NCBI GenBank assembly: GCA_965207885.1
Contig: OZ242311.1
Location: 5,536,001 to 5,600,000, forward strand
From: Candidatus Latescibacterota bacterium
GTDB lineage: Bacteria; Latescibacterota; UBA2968
DNA length: 64,000 nucleotides
Direction: 5' to 3'
Position 1 is the first letter of the stretch. Every line of letters begins with the position of its first letter. Of this stretch, positions 1 to 8,855 are shown one piece after another. Position numbers and translations under genes: made by a program. Below the pieces are notes generated by a model. That model saw only the letters and a list, made by a program, of their open reading frames with translations, was not told where the DNA came from and did no database searches.

Positions 1-1
1 T

Positions 2-310
2 CTCGCGCAATTTTTGCTCCTGCGACCGCATATCTTCGCCAATTTGTCGGCGCACCGTATCAATCTCGCGCCGATATTCCTGAAATGCAGCCCGCACAGC
101 ACTCTTTTGCTCATCTGACAAATCGAGATCCTGACCCATTCGATCAATCATGCGATTGTAGTCATAAGGACGCCCACGCGCCCCAGGTGGGCCGAGGGGA
201 CTGAGTGAGCGCAAAAACTTGCGCTCGACAATAGTACCACACACCAGCCCCAGGGCAAAAATGCCCATAAATAAAAGAACGGCCTGTGTGCGAGGGGAAA
301 AAGAAAACAT
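2..310 (-). CDS. Spy/CpxP-like periplasmic protein (partial, runs off window start)
   Basis: Manual translation from ATG at 310: MFSFSPRTQAVLLFMGIFALGLVCGTIVERK...RMGQDLDLSDEQKSAVRAAFQEYRR. N-terminal hydrophobic helix and LxLSDEQ motif; third gene of an ECF/anti-sigma operon; not in ORF track. Confidence 0.7.
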   Translation of the reverse strand, partial: MFSFSPRTQAVLLFMGIFALGLVCGTIVERKFLRSLSPLGPPGARGRPYDYNRMIDRMGQDLDLSDEQKSAVRAAFQEYRREIDTVRRQIGEDMRSQEQKLRE

Positions 311-330
311 GATAGTCCTTTTGCAGTCGT

Positions 331-729
331 TTACTCGGGATAAATAGCCAGGCTATCGGCTTGTACCTCCGACAGCACCATTTCGGTTTGCGAATCGAAA
401 TAATCCGACACCGTATTTGCCTCGGTATCTCCATTATCGATTAACACCATAAAAATAACAGCAGCGGCAGCGGCCAATGGCACGAGGCGTTTGCCCGCCC
501 AGACCAGGCTATTCCATAAACCCTCTTCCCCAATCTGTGCCTGAACACCATCCCACAACCCCGGCGAAGGCGCCATCGGACGCTGACCCAGGCGTCTCTG
601 CACATGGCGAAGCAAATCGTATTCAGCGCGAAACTCTGCATCCTCTGCTATCCGCGCTTCAATTTCGCGCGCGTGCTCCGCAGACAAATTACCGTCAACA
701 TAGAGCAACAATTTATCGCGATCAGTCAT
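331..729 (-). CDS. anti-sigma factor (zf-HC2-like N-terminus, one TM helix)
   Basis: LLLYVDGNLSAEHAREIEARI pattern, TM segment LVPLAAAAAVIFMVLI; ATGA overlap with the upstream sigma gene; GGAGGAG RBS. Confidence 0.8.
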   Translation of the reverse strand: MTDRDKLLLYVDGNLSAEHAREIEARIAEDAEFRAEYDLLRHVQRRLGQRPMAPSPGLWDGVQAQIGEEGLWNSLVWAGKRLVPLAAAAAVIFMVLIDNGDTEANTVSDYFDSQTEMVLSEVQADSLAIYPE

Positions 730-1319
730 ATCTCCTCCCCTTGCCATTCGCGGTACAGCGGCATAAGCAAATCGCGTAAACGCGCCCGTGCCCGCGAAAG
801 CCTCGACTTAACAGTGCCGACGGAAACATCTAAAACATCGGCAATTTCCTCTTGAGAAAAACCCTCTATATCTTTCATAATCACCACCGCACGATGCTCG
901 GGCGACAGGTAATCAAGCACCTTCTGAATCTCCTCGCGCAAACCAATGCGCTCAATATCATTTTGCGGTTCATCCGTACCCAAAAACCGGTCCAGCGCCA
1001 TATCGCTCGCCTCCTGCATCCCCTCAATAGAAACCCGATCGGGCCGCCGTTGCTCGCGCTGGGCAAACGTGAGACAAACATTGGTGGCAATGCGATACAA
1101 ATACGTGTAAAAACTCGACCGACCCTCAAACTTCCCCAGTGCTTTATACGCTCTAACAAACGCCTCTTGCGCCGCATCCCTTGCCGCTTCCGGATCGCCG
1201 AGAATCGAACACGCCAGACCGTAAATTCGGTCTTCATAATGTTCAACCAGATGGCGGAAAGCCTGCACATCGCCCTTTTGGCATTGACGAATCAGATCTC
1301 GTTCATCAAAATCAGCCAC
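726..1319 (-). CDS. ECF RNA polymerase sigma factor (RpoE-like)
   Basis: DAAQEAFVRAY, SFYTYLYRIATN, EIADVLDVSVGTVKSRLSRAR (sigma70 regions 2 and 4). Confidence 0.95.
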   Translation of the reverse strand: MADFDERDLIRQCQKGDVQAFRHLVEHYEDRIYGLACSILGDPEAARDAAQEAFVRAYKALGKFEGRSSFYTYLYRIATNVCLTFAQREQRRPDRVSIEGMQEASDMALDRFLGTDEPQNDIERIGLREEIQKVLDYLSPEHRAVVIMKDIEGFSQEEIADVLDVSVGTVKSRLSRARARLRDLLMPLYREWQGEEI

Positions 1320-1344
1320 TTATTTTTCCTTTGACTCTGATATG

Positions 1345-1373
1345 AATAGACGTCCAGGGTTATCTTTTGGTCT
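1345..1373 (-). promoter_or_regulatory. putative autoregulatory ECF promoter
   Basis: GACCAA...CGTCTA on minus strand just upstream of the ECF gene, resembling ECF -35/-10 boxes. Confidence 0.35.
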
Positions 1374-1405
1374 ATTCGCTGATTCGTTGATTCGCTGATT
1401 CGTCT
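1374..1405. repeat. 8-bp tandem repeat (ATTCGYTG x4)
   Basis: attcgctg attcgttg attcgctg attcgtct. Confidence 0.8.
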
Positions 1406-1454
1406 ATCCGTTTCGCAGGATTAGACCACCAGATCAACACCCGCGTTCCCTATA

Positions 1455-1494
1455 AAACAAAAAAATGGACATCGCTTTGAGCAATGTCCATTTC
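1455..1494 (-). terminator. intrinsic terminator of ilvB
   Basis: AAATGGACATTGCT-caa-AGCGATGTCCATTT followed by a T-run on minus strand. Confidence 0.8.
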
Positions 1495-1509
1495 CGACAG
1501 CACAGATGC

Positions 1510-3276
1510 TTACTCCGTAATAATATCGGCAAATGTCATACCCGAGGGAATCATGGGCAGCACATGCTCTTGATACGGCACAACCACATCGAGCAAATAG
1601 GGACCATTGGAAGAAATCATGCGATCAATAGCCGGCACGAGATCCTCCTTGCGCGCCGCCCGTTCGGCAGGCACGCGAAAACCCTTTGCTATCGCCACAT
1701 AATCGGGGAAAATGGCGTGACTCGGCGGAATATTCATATCTTCATGCGCCTGCGCCGCTTCCGGATCGCCAATAAACGTATGCCCGCGATTGCTCTTGTA
1801 AAAGCGATCCTCCCATTGCACCACCATACCCAGATGCTGATTGTTGAGAATCATAGTCTTAACGGGAATTTTCTCCGCATAAAGCGTCGCCAACTCCTGC
1901 ACATTCATCGCAAAACTGCCATCGCCATCAATATCAATAACCAGCGCATCGGGAAAAGCCAATTGCGCCCCCAGCGCAGCGGGCAAACCAAAACCCATCG
2001 CCCCCAAACCGCCCGACGTGAGCCAACGGCGCGGCTCATCAAAAGGATAAAATTGCGCCGCCCACATCTGGTGTTGCCCCACCCCCGTGGATATAATGGC
2101 CTTACCCTGCGTCATCTTATAAAGCATCTCAATTGCATACTGGGGCAAAATGACATCTTCGACATCTTTGTATGTAAAAGGATGTCTTTTGCGCCACGTT
2201 TCAATCTCATCACACCAGGCCTGATAATCGCCCGGCACAACAATACTGTTTAGCTCTTGCAGGGCATATTTAATATCGCTCACAATCGGCAAATGGGCGA
2301 CCTTGTTTTTATTAATCTCAGAAGGATCAATATCGATATGCACAATGCGACCGTGTTTGCAAAACTCTTCGAGCTTACCCGTCACCCGATCATCAAAACG
2401 CACCCCAAATGCCAGCAACAAATCGGCGTGATTGATGGCGTAATTGGCGTAAACCGACCCGTGCATACCCAGCATTTGCAAAGACTGAGGATCAGTCTGC
2501 GGAAAAACACCCAACCCCATCAGCGTCTGTGCCACGGGAATGCGTGTTTTTCGAGCAAACTCGCGGAGTTCTTCCGACGCCTCGGCAGTCACAATACCCC
2601 CGCCGGCATAAATAAGCGGGCGTTTGGATTCTAAAATCGCCTGGGCGACCTCTTGCATTTGAGCACGGCTGGCGTGCAAATGGCTGGGGGTATAGCTGCG
2701 AATGGAAACCGTCTCTGGAAAATCGGGCACACAAGCACTTTGCTGCACATTTTTGGGAATATCGATCAACACGGGACCTGGCCGCCCAGAAGAAGCAATG
2801 TAAAACGCCTCTTTGACAACGCGGGGAATGTCTTCAATGCGATCTACGAGATAATTGTGCTTCGTAATCTGCCGCGTGACCTCAATAATCGGGGTTTCCT
2901 GAAACGCATCGCGACCAATAACAGCAGTGGGAACCTGACCCGTGATGGCAACAAGCGGCACAGAGTCCATCTTGGCATCGGCCAGCCCCGTCACCAGATT
3001 GGTAGCACCCGGTCCAGAAGTTGCCATACACACCCCAACCTTGCCCGAAACTTTGGCATATCCCTCAGCCGCAAAAATTTCGCCCTGTTCGTGCCGGCAC
3101 AACACAACCTGGATATTGGAACGCGTGAGGGACTGGTGCATCTCCATACTGGCCCCTCCGGGATAGCCAAAGAGCACTTCGACCCCCTCGCGGATGAGAC
3201 ATTCAACCAGAATATCGGCACCACTCATTTCGCCAGAGGTGGAGCCAGATGCCGGAGTCTGGGGTTTGCTCGCCAT
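1510..3276 (-). CDS. ilvB: acetolactate synthase large subunit
   Basis: [31 protein letters not shown]-binding motifs; start MASKPQ after AAGGAG. Confidence 0.95.
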   Translation of the reverse strand: MASKPQTPASGSTSGEMSGADILVECLIREGVEVLFGYPGGASMEMHQSLTRSNIQVVLCRHEQGEIFAAEGYAKVSGKVGVCMATSGPGATNLVTGLADAKMDSVPLVAITGQVPTAVIGRDAFQETPIIEVTRQITKHNYLVDRIEDIPRVVKEAFYIASSGRPGPVLIDIPKNVQQSACVPDFPETVSIRSYTPSHLHASRAQMQEVAQAILESKRPLIYAGGGIVTAEASEELREFARKTRIPVAQTLMGLGVFPQTDPQSLQMLGMHGSVYANYAINHADLLLAFGVRFDDRVTGKLEEFCKHGRIVHIDIDPSEINKNKVAHLPIVSDIKYALQELNSIVVPGDYQAWCDEIETWRKRHPFTYKDVEDVILPQYAIEMLYKMTQGKAIISTGVGQHQMWAAQFYPFDEPRRWLTSGGLGAMGFGLPAALGAQLAFPDALVIDIDGDGSFAMNVQELATLYAEKIPVKTMILNNQHLGMVVQWEDRFYKSNRGHTFIGDPEAAQAHEDMNIPPSHAIFPDYVAIAKGFRVPAERAARKEDLVPAIDRMISSNGPYLLDVVVPYQEHVLPMIPSGMTFADIITE

Positions 3277-3299
3277 TGCAACAATCTCCTTTGTTAGAC

Positions 3300-3366
3300 A
3301 AAAAAAAACCGTCATTGCATTGTAGCGATGACGGGACAAGATACTTTTTATGCAATCCCATCATCA
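3300..3366 (-). promoter_or_regulatory. ilvB transcription attenuator (terminator and antiterminator)
   Basis: Terminator CCGTCATCGC-tacaat-GCAATGACGG-T9; GATGATGGGA over the leader stop codons can pair with TCCCGTCATC of the terminator 5' arm. Confidence 0.85.
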
Positions 3367-3444
3367 CATAGGTACAAGTACTACAACACGGCCTACAACA
3401 GCCGTTGTAATTGCAATGCGGGATGTGGTGATCTGATGTGTCAT
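3364..3444 (-). CDS. ilv leader peptide (26 aa)
   Basis: MTHQITTSRIAITTAVVGRVVVLVPM-stop: 6 Val, 3 Ile, 1 Leu, 5 Thr, directly upstream of the attenuator. Confidence 0.85.
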   Translation of the reverse strand: MTHQITTSRIAITTAVVGRVVVLVPM

Positions 3445-3525
3445 AAATTTGCGCTCTCTTTCAATGGAACAGAGAAGATACAGACTTAGTCCAGTTCTGT
3501 CAAGAAAACTCGCTTCTTACACTTC

Positions 3526-4296
3526 TCACCCCTCCTTCTCACCCATCATATTAATGCGGTCTCGAAGCTCGGCAGCGCGTTCAAACTCTTCGTTGTCAAT
3601 CGCTTCGAGCAATTCTTTTTTCAGGCGTTCAGATTTCGTGAGAGGGCGCTGTTGCTCGAGCTCGTTGAGCAATTCGTTCAGAGACTCAACAGAGCGTTTT
3701 TTTTCAACATCAAATTCTTCTGCATCGACCTCTTCCAGATTCTCGATCTTGTCGAGCACATCTCGAATAATTTGGATGCCCTTCGTAAAATTGTTCTCTT
3801 GCGATGCAATCATCACGCGCGCAATCGCGTGGATTCGCAAAACATAAGGCCACCATTTTTCGAGATTGAGACGATCTTTCTCCGCGGCAGCGTATTGATT
3901 GACAAAACGGAACAACTCCATATTGCGCTGTGTATCGCGAATAACGCGGTCATAGTCTCGTATTTGGAGCAAAAAAACATAGCGCTCGTAGAGCAGGCGG
4001 CTTTCATCAAACAGTTCACTACAGTGCGATTTTTTTAGTGAAAAACCATCGGATGTACCGTGTTCTTCAATAAAATGATGCAGCCTATCGGTAAAATGAT
4101 CCAGAGCAAACGCGTTATTGTGTGGTCTGCGTCCATCGGGACGCCCGTCGAGTTCCATTTGTAGAATGCCTTGAAATGGACCCTGATCTATGCGTACCTG
4201 AATTTTTTCAACGCCTTTGGACGAGAAAATTTTGCGAATGCTGTTTTTGGGATCATAGGGCCAGTGCTTCAGCAAAGGGCCAATATCTTCAGTCAT
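3526..4296 (-). CDS. UvrB/UvrC (UVR) motif-containing protein
   Basis: C-terminal LKKELLEAIDNEEFERAAELRDRI; conserved QMELDGRPDGRRP core. Confidence 0.8.
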   Translation of the reverse strand: MTEDIGPLLKHWPYDPKNSIRKIFSSKGVEKIQVRIDQGPFQGILQMELDGRPDGRRPHNNAFALDHFTDRLHHFIEEHGTSDGFSLKKSHCSELFDESRLLYERYVFLLQIRDYDRVIRDTQRNMELFRFVNQYAAAEKDRLNLEKWWPYVLRIHAIARVMIASQENNFTKGIQIIRDVLDKIENLEEVDAEEFDVEKKRSVESLNELLNELEQQRPLTKSERLKKELLEAIDNEEFERAAELRDRINMMGEKEG

Positions 4297-4513
4297 GGCA
4301 AGTTCTCCTGATATGTGGGAGAGACATCCCCTGGACTGCTGATGGCGGAAGAATATCCGAACCTATCGCGCTATAGGTTTCAATCTAATTGCATTTGATT
4401 GCAGACGCAAGTATCATGTAAAGTGCGTAATATTCCCTCTTACGAGTAAGACGTAAAAGCGAGAAGAGGGTTCCTTTTACGTCTCATATCTCACCCATAA
4501 AAAGGAAAAACAA

Positions 4514-5845
4514 ATGGGAACAGAAAAAATTACAGGAACAATCGCTGAGTTCTTTAAGTTTAACGAGCAAAATACAGATTGGCGCACAGAAATAACAGGT
4601 GGGCTGACGACATTTGTGACAATGGCTTATATCGTAGCCGTAAATCCGGGCATCTTATCCGACGCATTGGGCATGGATTTATTTCCCGAACTGTTATTTG
4701 CAACGTGTGCTTCTGCAGCAATAGCAACAATACTAATGGGCCTTCTGGCAAATTATCCCTTTGCCCTGGCGCCCGGCATGGGCCTCAATGCGTTTTTTAC
4801 CTACACAATTGTACTGGGCATGGGCGTGCATTGGAAACTGGCTCTGGGCGTGGTCCTCGCCTCCGGGCTCTTGTTTTTATTATTAACTGTATTGCGGGTG
4901 CGCGAGGCCATTATCACAGCAGTGCCCCAACCCCTCAAACTCGCCGCCGCCGCGGGTATTGGACTATTTATTGCGTTTATCGGATTTAAGAATGCGGGTT
5001 TTATTGTCGATAATCAGGCCACATTGGTCAGCCTGGGCGATGTACGTACAGGACCTGTTGGACTGGCACTGGTGGGGCTTTTGGGCACGGCCATCATGTT
5101 GACGCGCGGCATCCGCGGGGCGATTTTACTCGGCGTGATCGGCGTCACCTTATTATCCATGATCCTCGGGCTTACACCCTGGCCAACAGGCGTCGTAAGC
5201 CTGCCCGTTTGGCCCACCCATCTCTTTGGAGAAGCCATTTACCATCTGCCTCTCGCATTTCACACGGCAGTCATTGAACTCGTCTTTGCTTTTCTCTTTG
5301 TCGATCTATTTGATACCATGGGCACACTGGTGGGATTATCTGAACGCGTGGGATTCCTGGATAAGCGAGGACAATTGCCGCGCGCCAACAAAGCACTGCT
5401 ATCAGACTCTATTGGAACCGTATGCGGCAGCGTATTGGGCTCCTCAACCGTGACGACCTATATCGAAAGTGCCGCGGGCATATCATCGGGCGCGCGCACG
5501 GGCTTTGCCAGCCTGGTGACCGGCGGACTATTCGTCTGCGCCCTATTCCTCACACCTCTGGTCCAGGCCATACCGTCCTTCGCCACAGCACCCGCGCTCA
5601 TAGTCGTAGGCGTCATGATGATGGCCCCGGCTGCGCGCATTGCCTGGGATGATATGTCGGATGCCGTACCCGCTTTTTTAACGCTGATTGCAATACCCCT
5701 GACATTCAGCATTGCCGATGGACTGGCACTCGGATTTGTCGCCTATCCCATAATCAAGCGACTGAGCAAAAAAGACTCCGAGGTACATTTTTTTATCGAT
5801 GTACTGGCCATCATATTTATTCTCAAATATATCTTTATGGCGTAA
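4514..5845 (+). CDS. NCS2/AzgA family purine permease
   Basis: TTFVTMAYI, APGMGLNAFF, DLFDTMGTL, YIESAAG..GARTG motifs. Confidence 0.93.
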   Translation: MGTEKITGTIAEFFKFNEQNTDWRTEITGGLTTFVTMAYIVAVNPGILSDALGMDLFPELLFATCASAAIATILMGLLANYPFALAPGMGLNAFFTYTIVLGMGVHWKLALGVVLASGLLFLLLTVLRVREAIITAVPQPLKLAAAAGIGLFIAFIGFKNAGFIVDNQATLVSLGDVRTGPVGLALVGLLGTAIMLTRGIRGAILLGVIGVTLLSMILGLTPWPTGVVSLPVWPTHLFGEAIYHLPLAFHTAVIELVFAFLFVDLFDTMGTLVGLSERVGFLDKRGQLPRANKALLSDSIGTVCGSVLGSSTVTTYIESAAGISSGARTGFASLVTGGLFVCALFLTPLVQAIPSFATAPALIVVGVMMMAPAARIAWDDMSDAVPAFLTLIAIPLTFSIADGLALGFVAYPIIKRLSKKDSEVHFFIDVLAIIFILKYIFMA

Positions 5846-5942
5846 GAGGCCTCATGCCTGACTCCTGCTTTTGTTCGTGACATTTGTATTTTTTTTCTCT
5901 ATTATTTTAAAATAACTATAAGAAATATTAAAGGAGGGTTTT

Positions 5943-8801
5943 ATGCGTGCATTGTGTGTCATCTGTCTCATAATGTGGAGTACATGCCCCGTCGTAGCTC
6001 AGGATATGGGCAGCTTGACGGGCAAAGTGGAAGATGAGACGGGAGAAGCATTATTCGCGGCCAATGTCGTAGTCAAAGGACCGGCTATTGAAGGCATAAG
6101 GGGCGTAATCACCGATGAACAAGGTAGCTATCGCATCGACCGCTTGCCGCCGGGCATGTACGAAATCACCATCAGTTATATCGGCTATGAAACCACAGTT
6201 GTATCCGGCGTAGAAATCCGCGCTGGCGAAAGTACAACGCGAAATTTCGAGTTGACCGCTGTAGCCCTCATTGGTCAACAAGTGGTCGTGTCAGCATCGC
6301 GCAAACAGGAAAAAGCCCTGGACGCGCCCGCTTCAATAGCAACGATCGATGCAGCCGAAATCAGAGATCGGGGCGTATTGTCGCCGACTGAGCATATCAA
6401 AGCCCTTCCCGGCGTTGACTTTTCCAAAACGGGCATCTCACAAAGCAACGTGGTCGTTCGCGGATTCAACAATGTATTTTCTGGCGCACTGCTCACACTC
6501 GTTGACAACCGCATTGCCCGCGTCCCTTCCCTGCGTTTCAATGCCTTTGATATGATCCCCGTTACCGGTGAAGACATTGAGCGTATTGAAGTGGTATTAG
6601 GACCCGGATCGGCGCTTTACGGGCCCAACACCTCCAGTGGCGTCATGCACATTATCACCCGCTCGCCATTTGGATCGGAAGGCAATACAATTTCCATATC
6701 TGGCGGGCAGCGCAGTGTGCGAAAAATATCACTGCGGCACGCCAGCAGCCTCAACGACAAAATCGGGATCAAAATTTCGGTTGGGCAAAGTTCAGCCCAT
6801 GACTGGGAGTACATCGATCCCCTGGAAGTGGAATCGCGCGGTTTTAATCCACGCGATTACAACTCAAAAAAGACAATAGGAGAACTCAGGCTTGATTTTC
6901 GACCAACAGATGACCTGACAATCATAGGATCAACGGGTTATGCAAAAACAAGCGGTATTGAACTAACTGGTTTGGGCGCGGGCCAGGCAAAAGACTGGAC
7001 CTATAATTTTTATCAAGGACGCCTGCTCTATCGCGAGTGGTTTGCACAGGTCTTCTTCAACGCCAGTGATGCAGGTCAGACGAGAATGATCGCACCTAAC
7101 GATCCAATTGTAGATAATTCACATCTGATGGTCATGCAATTGCAACACAGTGCCAATTTGGGAGAAAAACAACACTTTGCTTATGGTGCTGATGTACTGC
7201 GAACCCGACCCAAGACAGGGGGCACAATAAATGGCATGCATGAAGACATTGATAACATCGATGAATACGGGGTCTATTTGCAAAGTGAAACCAGCCTGAG
7301 CGATCAAATCGAGCTGGTATTGGCCGGGCGCATAGACAAGCACAGCCATGTTGAAGATCCATTTTTCTCACCCCGCGCGGCACTCGTCATTAAACCCAGA
7401 CCGCTCAACACCCTGCGATTGACGTATAACCGCGCATTTAGCACGCCTTCGACCACCAACTTATTTTTGGACCGGATCGGCCTCCCCGATCCCTTTGGGT
7501 TCGGGGCATTGCAATCGTCATTGGGATTTAGTCCAGCAATTGACGTTCGCGCACAGGGCACTGCCGGTACCGGATTCACATTTCGCAGAGACGACAATGG
7601 CCTACCCATGTATCGAACGCCCTTTGCACCCATAGCGGGCTTGTCAAAAGATCACTACTTCTCGCTGCACAGTCCCCAGGGGACCAATTTGATGTGGGGC
7701 GCTGCCAGATCAATAATAATGAGTATCCTTTTGGCGGAACTGGAACCTCTCGCAACAGGGCTTTTCGTCGAGCGGCTTGGGCTACCACAAGATCAAGCGG
7801 CTGCGGTAGCCGCACAACTGGTCGGAGACTTTCCCGGGATTATACCAGAACAACTGCCAGGCTTGCAAAATACGGCCGGCACACTGAATACGGCAACGGC
7901 GAGTTTTGATCCCGAGCCCAGCCTCGCCAATGCAGTGGCAGACATAAACAAAATCGAATCGACCATCTCAGAAACCTTTGAAGTGGGATACAAAGGCGTC
8001 ATCAATAACAAACTCATTCTCGCAGCCGATGCCTACCTGAGCAGAAAAAAAAATTTCACCAGCCCGTTGCGGATTGTAACACCCAGTGTATTTCTCGCAG
8101 CCGGTCCCATGAGCGAAGCTCTCACAAACGGCATCACCGAGAACTTAAAAGACCCCGCCAATGCAAGTCTCGCAATTGCCATCGGACTTTTGGATCAGCT
8201 CAACCTGCCGGATCTGGGCCTAATTGGCAATGGCAATGGCACAGGCATAGATGAATTGACGCAATTATTTGTATCCAACGCCGCGGGGATTCCCTTTGGC
8301 ACCATGTCTGCCGAACAGGCATCAGACCCCACTGCGGTAATGGTCGCATATCGCAATTTTGGTCGCATAACACTCTACGGTGCCGACCTATCGTTTGCGT
8401 ATTATCCAAACGAAATATGGACTTTTACCGGCAATTACTCCTATGTCAGCGATGATTGGTTCCCCAATTTAGACAACATCGGCGACATTGCTCTCAATGC
8501 CCCCAAACACAAATTTAACATCGGAATTGATTGTCAACTGCCCAATATGCCACTCACCATCCGCGGGAAATTGAGCTATCGCGGGGGTTTCCCCATGCAA
8601 TCCGGTGTATATGTCGGCGATGTAGCTGCCTATACTGTTTTGGACCTGAATGCCGCATATCAGTTGCCACTCTCAAATGATCAATTCAAGATCACCTGGA
8701 ATGTGGAAGCCAGCAACGTGTTAAACCAGGAATATCGATCATTTATCGGTGCACCATTTATTGGACGCCTAATCTTAACCGGCCTGAATATTCGGTTCTA
8801 A
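5943..8801 (+). CDS. TonB-dependent receptor (copy 1)
   Basis: Signal peptide, CarboxypepD_reg-like domain, plug (VVVSASR, IERIEVVLGPGSALYG), C-terminal Phe. Confidence 0.92.
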   Translation: MRALCVICLIMWSTCPVVAQDMGSLTGKVEDETGEALFAANVVVKGPAIEGIRGVITDEQGSYRIDRLPPGMYEITISYIGYETTVVSGVEIRAGESTTRNFELTAVALIGQQVVVSASRKQEKALDAPASIATIDAAEIRDRGVLSPTEHIKALPGVDFSKTGISQSNVVVRGFNNVFSGALLTLVDNRIARVPSLRFNAFDMIPVTGEDIERIEVVLGPGSALYGPNTSSGVMHIITRSPFGSEGNTISISGGQRSVRKISLRHASSLNDKIGIKISVGQSSAHDWEYIDPLEVESRGFNPRDYNSKKTIGELRLDFRPTDDLTIIGSTGYAKTSGIELTGLGAGQAKDWTYNFYQGRLLYREWFAQVFFNASDAGQTRMIAPNDPIVDNSHLMVMQLQHSANLGEKQHFAYGADVLRTRPKTGGTINGMHEDIDNIDEYGVYLQSETSLSDQIELVLAGRIDKHSHVEDPFFSPRAALVIKPRPLNTLRLTYNRAFSTPSTTNLFLDRIGLPDPFGFGALQSSLGFSPAIDVRAQGTAGTGFTFRRDDNGLPMYRTPFAPIAGLSKDHYFSLHSPQGTNLMWGAARSIIMSILLAELEPLATGLFVERLGLPQDQAAAVAAQLVGDFPGIIPEQLPGLQNTAGTLNTATASFDPEPSLANAVADINKIESTISETFEVGYKGVINNKLILAADAYLSRKKNFTSPLRIVTPSVFLAAGPMSEALTNGITENLKDPANASLAIAIGLLDQLNLPDLGLIGNGNGTGIDELTQLFVSNAAGIPFGTMSAEQASDPTAVMVAYRNFGRITLYGADLSFAYYPNEIWTFTGNYSYVSDDWFPNLDNIGDIALNAPKHKFNIGIDCQLPNMPLTIRGKLSYRGGFPMQSGVYVGDVAAYTVLDLNAAYQLPLSNDQFKITWNVEASNVLNQEYRSFIGAPFIGRLILTGLNIRF

Positions 8802-8855
8802 AGCAATCTCTCTCCCATATAGAAAAATTCGGACCATTGCGGTAAGGAGAGTGTA

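Noticed and set aside
4380-4513. Canonical purine riboswitch
   Set aside because: Lacks the GATATGG, GTTTCTACC and CCGTAAA core motifs
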